64,000 nt of DNA from a virus. Taxonomy: Duplodnaviria; Caudoviricetes. A model generated the notes under the pieces. It was not told the origin of the DNA and did no database searches. It saw only the letters and a list, made by a program, of their open reading frames with translations. The position numbers and the translations under genes were made by a program. The stretch spans positions 27,919-91,918 of the IMG/VR virus record IMGVR_UViG_3300048502_000142; one strand, given 5' to 3'. Each line of letters starts with the position of its first letter. Within the stretch, counting starts at the first letter, position 1. Below, piece after piece: positions 56,296 through 64,000 of the stretch.

Positions 56296-56344
56296 ATTAC
56301 CTCTCTCACTGTGGGTCTCTCTACGTCGTATTAGTAGAGAGACC

Positions 56345-57454
56345 TCAAATTCCAACCATTCCTGCGACGCCCGCGGCGTAGCGCACAACGGTGCCGAAGG
56401 TGCCGGACACCATCTTCTGCCGGGCGGCCGACAGGTCGAACACGACGCGCTGCGCGATCAGCTTCGCGTTGAACGCGGGGATCGCCGTGCGCTGGTCCTC
56501 GACGTTGACCGCGATCAGCTGCATGAACGACAGGCCGGATGCCTGGCCCTGCGGCTGCTGCGCCGACTGCGGGCCGTACTGGACCGCGGACCAGACGCGC
56601 ATCTTCGGGAAGTTCTTCTTCAGCAGGTCGGAGACGTTGACGTTGAAGCCGTTCGTCGCCGTCAGGGCCGCCTCGTGCTGCGGGTCGAGCGCCAGGACCA
56701 GCTCGGTCTCGCGGTCGACGAGGCCGGAGTTCTGGTTGACTAGCTGGATGAAGAGCGCCTGGATGTCGTTGAAGATCTCGTTCGCGGTCGCCCGGACCTG
56801 GGTCCCGACGAGCCACGTGGTCCCGCCGTACGCCTTCGGGGCCGGCGAGATCGAGGCCGGTAGGTTCGGGTCGTTGAGCAGGCCGTAGTTGGCCAGCCCG
56901 GCCACGCCGTAGAAGTAGGCGTAGTTCATGAAGGTGTTGAGCGCGCGCATCCGCGCCCGCTGCTTCTCGGTGATCCAGTTAATCTTGGCCTTCGCGTAGC
57001 GGGCGACCTCCAGGTCGCCGTACTCGATGATGCCCTGGAACAGGAAGCTCTGGCGCTGCGGGAAGTTCGCGTTGGCGCTGTTCTGGCCGCCGCCGCTGTT
57101 GTAGTCGCCGTACGCCGTCGTCTCGCCGACGACCTCGACGACCGGGAACATGGCGGTCTGCTCGGTCCAGTCGCCGATCTGCCTCTCCGGGCCGCAGATC
57201 TCGACCGCACGGAGCGGCGAGAACAGGGCCTGGTAGATCTTCGGGTCGACCCACGTGGTGAACATCGTGGGCACGCCGGCGTTGGGATCCAGCGTGAGGG
57301 TGGGGAGGGCGTCGTACGCCATCCCGAGATCCGCGCCGAGGTCCGGGTCGGACGACACGAACCCGTACGGCTCCGGCACGTTGTTCCAGTGGACGTGCCG
57401 CAGCTCGTTGGCCCGCATCGCCAGGAAGGCTGCCCGGGCCTCATTGATATTCAT
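56345..57454 (-). CDS. Major capsid protein (DUF2184)
   Basis: MAYDALP...GDW...FPVVE..GE...YGDY...NFPQRQS...YFYGVAGL.NYGLLNDPNL. Confidence 0.92.
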   Translation of the reverse strand: MNINEARAAFLAMRANELRHVHWNNVPEPYGFVSSDPDLGADLGMAYDALPTLTLDPNAGVPTMFTTWVDPKIYQALFSPLRAVEICGPERQIGDWTEQTAMFPVVEVVGETTAYGDYNSGGGQNSANANFPQRQSFLFQGIIEYGDLEVARYAKAKINWITEKQRARMRALNTFMNYAYFYGVAGLANYGLLNDPNLPASISPAPKAYGGTTWLVGTQVRATANEIFNDIQALFIQLVNQNSGLVDRETELVLALDPQHEAALTATNGFNVNVSDLLKKNFPKMRVWSAVQYGPQSAQQPQGQASGLSFMQLIAVNVEDQRTAIPAFNAKLIAQRVVFDLSAARQKMVSGTFGTVVRYAAGVAGMVGI

Positions 57455-57491
57455 TCTAGGACTCCTCTGTTCGCCTTCCCGGCGCCGGCCG

Positions 57492-58445
57492 TCACAGGAC
57501 GGAGCTGATCTTCACCAGCTCGCCCGCGAGGCCGGACGACTTCGCGTAGAACTTCGTCTCGACGTTCGTCGAGGTGGTCATCGTCCCCGACCCGACGGTC
57601 TGCGTCGCGTTGACGATGTAGGTCCCGAGGCCGCCGCTGCCCGTGCCGAGCGCCGTCACGTAGGTGCCGGCGGCGACGGTGGCGCCGTTCGAGCCGAGCA
57701 GCGCGCCCACCTCGATGCCGGAGCCCACCGTGACCGTCAGGGTCCCGTAGGAGCCGCCGACGCTCGTGCCGGCCGCGACGGACTGCTCGCCGACCGACAA
57801 GGCGTAGGACCCGGCGCCGCCGGGGGTACCCGAGAGCTGGGCGACGACGTTGCCGGAGCCGCCCGAGGTCAGGACGGAGCCGACCGCGATCGTGCCGGTG
57901 ATCGTGCCTCCCGCGGTCAGGACGTTGCCGGCGATCTGGGACGACGACGCGCTCCACGTCGCGGCGGCGATCGAGCCGGTGATGCCCACCGTCGATGCCG
58001 CGCCGGACGCGGCGAAGCTCACCTTTCCGGTGGCCAGGTCGGCGTATGCCTTCTGGTTGTAGAGCGCCTGCGTCGACCCGTCGTTCTTGCACCAGTAGCC
58101 GCCGCTGCTCCACAGCGGGACGGGGCTCCCGGGCTGGATCAGCATCGTCGCGTCAGCGAGGTAGGTCGTGATGATCGCCGGGGCGTCCGGACGGCTCACG
58201 AACCCATCGGGGGCGACCCCCGGCAGGCCGGGCGACGGGAAGTTGTTGACGATCGTCGCGGCGTTGTCGGGGTCGATCGACGACTGGTTCAACCACGCGA
58301 AGCGACCCACCGTAACGCCGAGGGTGCCAGTGACGAGACCCCCAGGTCCGCCGAGCGCGCGGAAGCGCGGGTTGCTGTCCGCGTAGTCGCCGGCTACGGC
58401 CGGCGCCTGAACACCATTCACCTGTGACTGAATGCCACCGGCCAT
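57492..58445 (-). CDS. Head decoration/cement protein
   Basis: QAPAVAGDYADSNPR...GVTVGRFAW...VETKF...GELVKISS; directly upstream of the capsid gene. Confidence 0.85.
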   Translation of the reverse strand: MAGGIQSQVNGVQAPAVAGDYADSNPRFRALGGPGGLVTGTLGVTVGRFAWLNQSSIDPDNAATIVNNFPSPGLPGVAPDGFVSRPDAPAIITTYLADATMLIQPGSPVPLWSSGGYWCKNDGSTQALYNQKAYADLATGKVSFAASGAASTVGITGSIAAATWSASSSQIAGNVLTAGGTITGTIAVGSVLTSGGSGNVVAQLSGTPGGAGSYALSVGEQSVAAGTSVGGSYGTLTVTVGSGIEVGALLGSNGATVAAGTYVTALGTGSGGLGTYIVNATQTVGSGTMTTSTNVETKFYAKSSGLAGELVKISSVL

Positions 58446-58484
58446 GTCAATTCTCCTCTGTCTTGATCCGGTGCGGTCCGGCGG

Positions 58485-59788
58485 TTAGAACGATTCGGCC
58501 GTGTTGCCGCCGGCCAGCAGGCCCCGCAGCTTCGTCAGCCTCTCCGGCGCCGCGTCGAGGGCGAGCTTGGTCTCGCGCTCCCGCTCGCCGCCGATCCTCG
58601 GCGCCATGTTGAACATGGCCTTGAGCGCGGCCGTCTCGGTCACCCCCGCGTGGGAGACGCCGAGGACGTCTAGGGCGCGGCCGAACACGTCACCCTCGTC
58701 CTTGATCCCCTCGTCCATCGCGATGCGTCCGACCTTCGGACGCACGGTGTCCAGAGCAGTAGTGATGCGGTGGTGCCGCGCGTCGTTGTCCGCTAGCGCG
58801 GTCGAGACGCGGCGCTCGATCGCAGCGTCCATTGCGGCCTTCGAGACCTTGTCCTCGCCGGGCTTGGGCATTCCCTTGAACTCCTCCGGTTCGTCGTGTG
58901 CGCGCCGGGCGTCCCGGGCGCGAGCCCGGGCGTCCCGGGACTGCCGCAGCGCGTCGTGCGCCCGGCGGATGTCGTCCGCGACCTTCCGCTTGCCGTCGTC
59001 CGCACGCTGCCGGTCCTCGGCCGCCTTCTTGCCCCCGTCCGCGTCCTTCGCGTCCATGGCCTTCCGATGGGCGTCCTCGGCGGACTTGCAAGAGTCGTCC
59101 GCGCGCTTCCAGTCGGCCGCGTGCTTCCGCATCGCGTCCATCGCCCTGTGATGGGCGTCCCGGGCGCGGCGGTAGTCGCGGGCGGTGCGGTAGCGGTTGT
59201 GCGCCCGACGACGGTCCTCCGCCTCATCCTCGCGCTCGCGCTTGGTCCTCTCCTCCTCCGACTCGTCCCGGCGAGATGGCGGCGGGCGTCGGCGGCCCGG
59301 CGGGCTCGCAGCGCGTCGCGGGCGGCGTTGTCGGCGTCCGGCTTGAACTCCCGCTCCTCCTCGCGCGTGTCGCTCTCCTCCGCGGTCTCGTCGCGGCCCA
59401 GCAGGCGGCGGGCGTCCATCACCCGGCGCGCGCTGTCCTCGTCGATGCGCCGCTCCTCGGGCGTCTCGTACCGGTCGTCGCGGTCGTCCTCGTGCTCGGC
59501 GAGGAAGGCGGGAATCCCGGCGTTGGGATCCGCATCCTCCGTCTCGATATCGGACATCGCGTCCATGACGTCGTCGAGGTCCGCGTCCATCGCGAGCGCG
59601 CCCTTGGCCTTCAGACGCTCGGCGAACTTGCGCTTCGCGGCGGCGGACAGTCGTGCCATGTCGGTCTCCTGGTCTTCCGTGTTTTCGAGCAGTGCGGAGT
59701 CGAGCCCCAGGGCGGCGAGGGCCGCCTCCGGGGTGGGGTACTTGCGCCGGAGCGCTGCGGCGATCTCGGTGGCGGTCTGAACCGTCAT
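58485..59788 (-). CDS. Scaffold-like head protein (frameshift near 59272)
   Basis: MTVQTATEIAA...AMDAD...RRLLGRDETAEE...ADARRHL/GRDESEEE...KAAMDAAI...VRPKVG...LALDAA; charged coiled-coil; one base missing. Confidence 0.75.
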
Positions 59789-59790
59789 GT

Positions 59791-60045
59791 CTATGCTCCG
59801 TCGTCGTCGCCGGTCTGCGCGGCGGGTGCGGGTGCGGGTGTGGGTTTCGCCGCGTCCCAGGTCGCGTGCAGGGCGTCCCGGCGGATCGCCAGGCAGTTGC
59901 AGTAGGTCAGCGAGGCGCACGGCGGCTTCCTCGCCGGCACGTCGTCCAGGCACCGCGGGCACCGGACGAGGCCCGGCGCGGGGTCAGGCCGCCGCGAGGA
60001 TCCTCGCGAGCCGGTCGAACCCGTCCTCGGAAGCCTCATCTCCAC
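59791..60045 (-). CDS. Small Cys-rich hypothetical protein (start uncertain)
   Basis: RCPRC...C...YCNC fills the gap between protease and scaffold genes. Confidence 0.35.
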   Translation of the reverse strand: MEMRLPRTGSTGSRGSSRRPDPAPGLVRCPRCLDDVPARKPPCASLTYCNCLAIRRDALHATWDAAKPTPAPAPAAQTGDDDGA

Positions 60046-62935
60046 CCACCTTCGATCCGGGGACCCGCGGGCGCTCCACCTGCGCCAGGTGGTTGCCCAC
60101 GAGGTCCCTCATGATCCCGTCGTAGTCGTGCCCGTCGTAGCTGCCTGGCGTCATGTCGGCCTTGTAGCCGTAGCCGCAGCTCAAATTCTTCTTCGACTCG
60201 TCCTCGACCGCCTCGACGGCGTACTTCGGCCAGAACACGAGGTCGTTCGTCAGGTCGGTGCCGTCGAACTTCGCGTTCGTGCCGGTGGCGCCTACGACGA
60301 TGTCGGTCGGGTGGTCCTCCGCGGAGGTCGGGACGTGCTTCCAGACGATCGGGAGGCCCTGGAACGTCTTGGCGGCTTTCCGCAGCTCGTCCGGGTGGCG
60401 CAGGAGCCTGTAGGTGCGCTCGGCTTCGAGCGGCACCCAGCCCTCCTCGCCCTCCATCACCCGGTTGATCTCTTTTCCCAGGTAGGGGGAAACGACCGCC
60501 TTGCTGATGACGCTGTCGGAGATATGCATCCGGCCGACGTCGTCCTTCCAGCGCTCGGGCTCCTTGTCCTCGGCCAGCCCGAGCAGCGCGTCGAAGGCCA
60601 GCCCGTCGGCGGCCCCGTCGAGCGCCAGGTCAAGCACGCGGGCGATTGCGTCGAACCCGTCGAGCGCGCCCTCGGGCGTGGGTTCGCGCTCGGAGGGGGT
60701 GCCCGGCTTGCCGATCACCCTGCGGTCGGGATCGGCGACGTCCTCGGCGCCGCGGACCTTGACGGCCTCCACCGCCTTCGGATTGATCGTGACCGAGCCG
60801 TCGGGGACGTGGACGAAGTCGACCTTGAAGCGTTTCTTCAGCCACTTAGTCCAATCCGGGTTGTCGTACGCACCCGCAGAGTCGACGATGTTGCCCGGCG
60901 AGAAGCTCTCCTCCACAACCTCGCGGAGCGCGTCGGCCTTCTCCTCGCGGGAGAGACCGCGCAGATCCCTGGAGTTGTCGAAGTCGTCGGCCCACGGCAG
61001 CTTCCCGCTCTCGTAGTCCTCCACCGCCGCATCCGCAACCCGACCGATGTCCCCCGACGACGTGCCGGACAGGTCGAGCGTCCTCGCGTCGGCCTTCGGC
61101 CGCAGGTACCAGACGCTCCCCTTGCTGCCAGCGTACTGGTGGGAGACGTCCAGGTCACGCGTCGATTGGATGACGTTGCCGGTCTTCAGGTCCTGGCGCA
61201 TGGCGCGGCCGTGCGTGTACCATCCCTCCGGCACCGATCCCTCCTCGTACGCTTTCTTCAGATGCTCCGTCCCACTCGGCGGTCCGCCTCCACCCGACCC
61301 GAACTTGCCGTCGCTGCGGCGCGGATGGTCACCCTCCCGAAACTCGCCGTCAGCCGCCTCCGGGAACTCGCGAGCCCGGATCGCGTCGGCGCGGGCCGCG
61401 AGCTTCGGGTCGCCCTCCATGCGGGCGCGGCGGCCCGCGGCGAGCAGCAGGGCACACGTGTAGGTCCACTTCCCGTCCCGCAGCTCCTGCACCGGGTACT
61501 TGCGCCGGGCGGGCTCCAGGAAGGCGCTCTCGGGCATGCTCTTCCGACGGCCGGCGGAAATATCCTCGCGGGTCGTCGCCGAGAGCCTGCCCTCGGGGTT
61601 CTCGACGTCCTCGGCGCGCCCGTCCAGGATCACGCCGTCCACGCACTTCTTAACGCCGGGATGCACCGGGTCGGGCAGCGCGTCGGGGTGCGCCCATGTC
61701 CAGTCGTCGTGCTCGTCACTGAGGCGGGGCACGAACGCGTCGCGGACGGGGATCGCGTAGGTGACGTGCTCCCAGTCGTTCGGGGTGCGGGTGCGGAGCA
61801 GCTCGCGACCGCCCTCGTCCTCCCACCCATCGGTTCCAACTTCCTCACCGGCTTCACGCAGGGCACAGTTGTAGAATCCCTCGTCTCCCTCGGCCTTGCC
61901 CCCCGGCAGGCACCACTCGCCCGGCTTGTGATCGTCCTTGGCACTGCGCTTAACAAGCAGCACGCGGCCGTCCCCGGTCACGAACGCGATCGATGCGGCC
62001 CTGCCCTTCCGGTCCCAGGGACGCTCGTCGGCGCCGACTTCCATCTTCCTGTCCGCGTGCGCATTTAATACGGATTCCGCCGTCTCGGCGCCCCCATGCG
62101 ATAGATCTTCATGAGGATAGAGAGAAATCAGAACTTCTTGCGCTTTATTTCCCTGAAAACTCGGATGATGATATCGGAGATATCGAGCACCGGCCTTTCC
62201 AGCGCGTTTTTCCGACTTGATAATTTTACTAATCAGGGTATCCGGATCCCCGCCCTGCTCAAATTCCCTCGCTATCGCCTGATCTATATCGAGGATCGAG
62301 CCTTCGTGGGCATTCAACGTATGAACTCGGGCTTCGCCCTTACCGCTCCCGCCGAGGTGTCCGCCCATGGCGTAGTGGGCTGCCTCTACTGGATCGGTAG
62401 TCGTATATGCCCCTTGACCCGGTTTAAATCCACGCTCAATGCCAATCTCGCGCGATCCGTGATAAACCGTCGCAAACTTACCGCCTTTGTCACGCAGGTG
62501 TTCGTTTTCAACAAATTTGATATCGTTCGCACGATGCTCGGGCTCCGCCTCCTCCTCGCTTAGCCACTCGCCGAAGAGGCGCTTGAGCACGCCCCACTTC
62601 GTCTTGGACATGTCCTTGGCCGTCGCCGGCAGCTTCCCGCCCGGGTCGCTCGCGACGAACTCGCGCCCTACGCCAGTGGGAATGCCGAGCGGGCCGTGAC
62701 CGGCCGCTGCCGCCCACATCGCGCGTCGCTGGGCTTCGGAGAGAGGGGGCAAGTCGGATTCCCTAGGGACGAAGGCCAGTCCGCGGTCGCCCTCGACGGG
62801 CTTCCGGTGGTCGACGACGGACGCGAGGATCTCGGTCGGGATGCGGTCGAACGCAGCGCAGGACCATCCCGCGTCGGGGACGAGGCCGCGGAAGCGTTCG
62901 CAACCGAAGCAGATCGGGACGAGGGTCTCGGTCAT
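59984..62935 (-). CDS. DUF2213 head-maturation protein fused to ART-like, Nudix and other domains
   Basis: C-terminal ISKAVVSPYLGKEI...LRHPDELRKAAKTF...LSCGYGY...GNHLAQVE (DUF2213); Nudix box GGKAEGDEGFYNCALREAGEEVG; VYHGS...YTTTD...A.HYA ART-like domain. Confidence 0.88.
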   Translation of the reverse strand: MTETLVPICFGCERFRGLVPDAGWSCAAFDRIPTEILASVVDHRKPVEGDRGLAFVPRESDLPPLSEAQRRAMWAAAAGHGPLGIPTGVGREFVASDPGGKLPATAKDMSKTKWGVLKRLFGEWLSEEEAEPEHRANDIKFVENEHLRDKGGKFATVYHGSREIGIERGFKPGQGAYTTTDPVEAAHYAMGGHLGGSGKGEARVHTLNAHEGSILDIDQAIAREFEQGGDPDTLISKIIKSEKRAGKAGARYLRYHHPSFQGNKAQEVLISLYPHEDLSHGGAETAESVLNAHADRKMEVGADERPWDRKGRAASIAFVTGDGRVLLVKRSAKDDHKPGEWCLPGGKAEGDEGFYNCALREAGEEVGTDGWEDEGGRELLRTRTPNDWEHVTYAIPVRDAFVPRLSDEHDDWTWAHPDALPDPVHPGVKKCVDGVILDGRAEDVENPEGRLSATTREDISAGRRKSMPESAFLEPARRKYPVQELRDGKWTYTCALLLAAGRRARMEGDPKLAARADAIRAREFPEAADGEFREGDHPRRSDGKFGSGGGGPPSGTEHLKKAYEEGSVPEGWYTHGRAMRQDLKTGNVIQSTRDLDVSHQYAGSKGSVWYLRPKADARTLDLSGTSSGDIGRVADAAVEDYESGKLPWADDFDNSRDLRGLSREEKADALREVVEESFSPGNIVDSAGAYDNPDWTKWLKKRFKVDFVHVPDGSVTINPKAVEAVKVRGAEDVADPDRRVIGKPGTPSEREPTPEGALDGFDAIARVLDLALDGAADGLAFDALLGLAEDKEPERWKDDVGRMHISDSVISKAVVSPYLGKEINRVMEGEEGWVPLEAERTYRLLRHPDELRKAAKTFQGLPIVWKHVPTSAEDHPTDIVVGATGTNAKFDGTDLTNDLVFWPKYAVEAVEDESKKNLSCGYGYKADMTPGSYDGHDYDGIMRDLVGNHLAQVERPRVPGSKVGGDEASEDGFDRLARILAAA

Positions 62936-62999
62936 CCGACGTATCTACCCGTAGGGGCCGGGTCTAATCCGCGTTCCGTAAGCTAAGCAAAAAAGGGGA

Positions 63000-63317
63000 C
63001 TAGCGCAGGGTCACCGGCGTCTGCGGCGCCCGGTGCGTGCCCTGGACGCGGGCGTTCCAATAGCACCAGGCCTCCAGCTCGACCGGATCGGAGCAGCCGT
63101 GGACCAGGCCGTTCGTCACGATCGGCGAGTTCCGGTTGTCGCGCAGCCACCGCTCCCAGACGTCGTCCGGCACGTCGTGCGTGATCGCGTAGCCGCCGAT
63201 CTGCCCGGTGCCCATCGGCTTGAGGGTGGTCTGGTCGAGCATGGCGCTGTGCGCGCCCTTGAGGACGAACCCGCCGATGTCGAGGCCGTTAGGGAGCTTG
63301 CAGGCAACGACGATCAT
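63000..63317 (-). CDS. Paralogue of the gene at 55708-56295
   Basis: IVVACKLPNGL...GGYAITHDVPDDVWERW. Confidence 0.75.
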   Translation of the reverse strand: MIVVACKLPNGLDIGGFVLKGAHSAMLDQTTLKPMGTGQIGGYAITHDVPDDVWERWLRDNRNSPIVTNGLVHGCSDPVELEAWCYWNARVQGTHRAPQTPVTLR

Positions 63318-63931
63318 TCCTTGTCGCCCTCCCCTTCCTTCTCGGGCTCTCCGTCCGCCTCCCGCATCTGGGCCTGCGCGCGGTAGCCGAAGATCCGCAC
63401 GAAGCCCTCGCCAATCGCGCGGGACAGGACGGCGACGTTGTGACCGGTCACTCCGGCAGCCGCCGCGGCGTCGTGGGCGGCCTCGACGTGCCTCACGAAG
63501 TCGTCGACCAGCTCCGCGTGCTCGGGTCGGATGTCCTCGGCGTCGTCCGCATGGGCGTGCGGCGCGGCGACCTCCTCGGGCGACAGCTCGGCCGGAGGGT
63601 CGAGTGGCTGTAGCTCCTCCGGGAGCGGGGCCGGCAGGGTAACGCCAGCGTTCACCGGCGGCAGGTTGCCATCGTGCGCGTCGCTCGGGATCGCCTGCAC
63701 GGCGGGGTGGTTCGGCTGCACGGGCGAGATGCGGGGAGCACCGTCGTCGATGGGATCGGATTCGGGCGGCTGCTCGGTCGAGGTCGACCCCTCGGCTACC
63801 TCGGGGGACGCTCCGCCGTCGGCGGAAGTTTCCGCACCCTCCTCTGCCGGCGGCGTCGCCGGGACCTCGGGAACGGGCGCGGCGGAGGCGCCCTCGGGGG
63901 CCGGCTGATCGGCATCGGTCTGGTCGGTCAT
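63314..63931 (-). CDS. Acidic Pro/Ala-rich hypothetical protein
   Basis: 205 aa, ATGA-coupled to the next gene. Confidence 0.6.
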   Translation of the reverse strand: MTDQTDADQPAPEGASAAPVPEVPATPPAEEGAETSADGGASPEVAEGSTSTEQPPESDPIDDGAPRISPVQPNHPAVQAIPSDAHDGNLPPVNAGVTLPAPLPEELQPLDPPAELSPEEVAAPHAHADDAEDIRPEHAELVDDFVRHVEAAHDAAAAAGVTGHNVAVLSRAIGEGFVRIFGYRAQAQMREADGEPEKEGEGDKE

Positions 63932-64000
63932 TCTCGGTCTCCGTCCATCTCCAGGTATTCCTCCCCGCCCGCGTCAGTACTCTGCGTTGATACCACTGCT

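Overview
This window is a 64-kb slice of a high-GC tailed phage or prophage with a contractile tail. Its morphogenesis module resembles the Bcep781/Bcep1-like group (DUF2213 head protease, DUF2184 capsid, DUF4054, DUF3383 sheath, DUF2612, baseplate J). The host is probably an alphaproteobacterium (inference). There are three blocks. (1) 1-11.9 kb, minus strand, replication and DNA modification: PAPS-reductase-like protein, uracil-DNA-glycosylase/3'-5' exonuclease fusion, sliding clamp, intein-containing C5 methyltransferase with a nested out-of-frame second subunit, intein-containing DnaB-like helicase, SLOG/replication-protein fusion and RNase H. (2) A ~0.9 kb hairpin-rich divergent non-coding region and tRNA-Thr, then 13-27.6 kb on the plus strand, early/accessory genes: two SNF2 helicases, a sigma-like factor, primase and many small ORFs, with four copies of a palindromic operator. 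(3) 27.6-64 kb, minus strand: tail, lysis and head genes. Terminase, portal, integrase and a polymerase catalytic domain are not in the window. The most unusual items are: a run of signal-peptide-bearing, Cys-paired fibre/beta-helix genes inside the virion operon; a head-maturation protein carrying two ADP-ribosyltransferase-like domains and a Nudix hydrolase; the nested methyltransferase subunit; two candidate structured RNAs; and a dispersed intergenic repeat family. Several single-base frameshifts in essential genes suggest assembly indels. All family assignments are from motifs recognised by eye, not from database searches.
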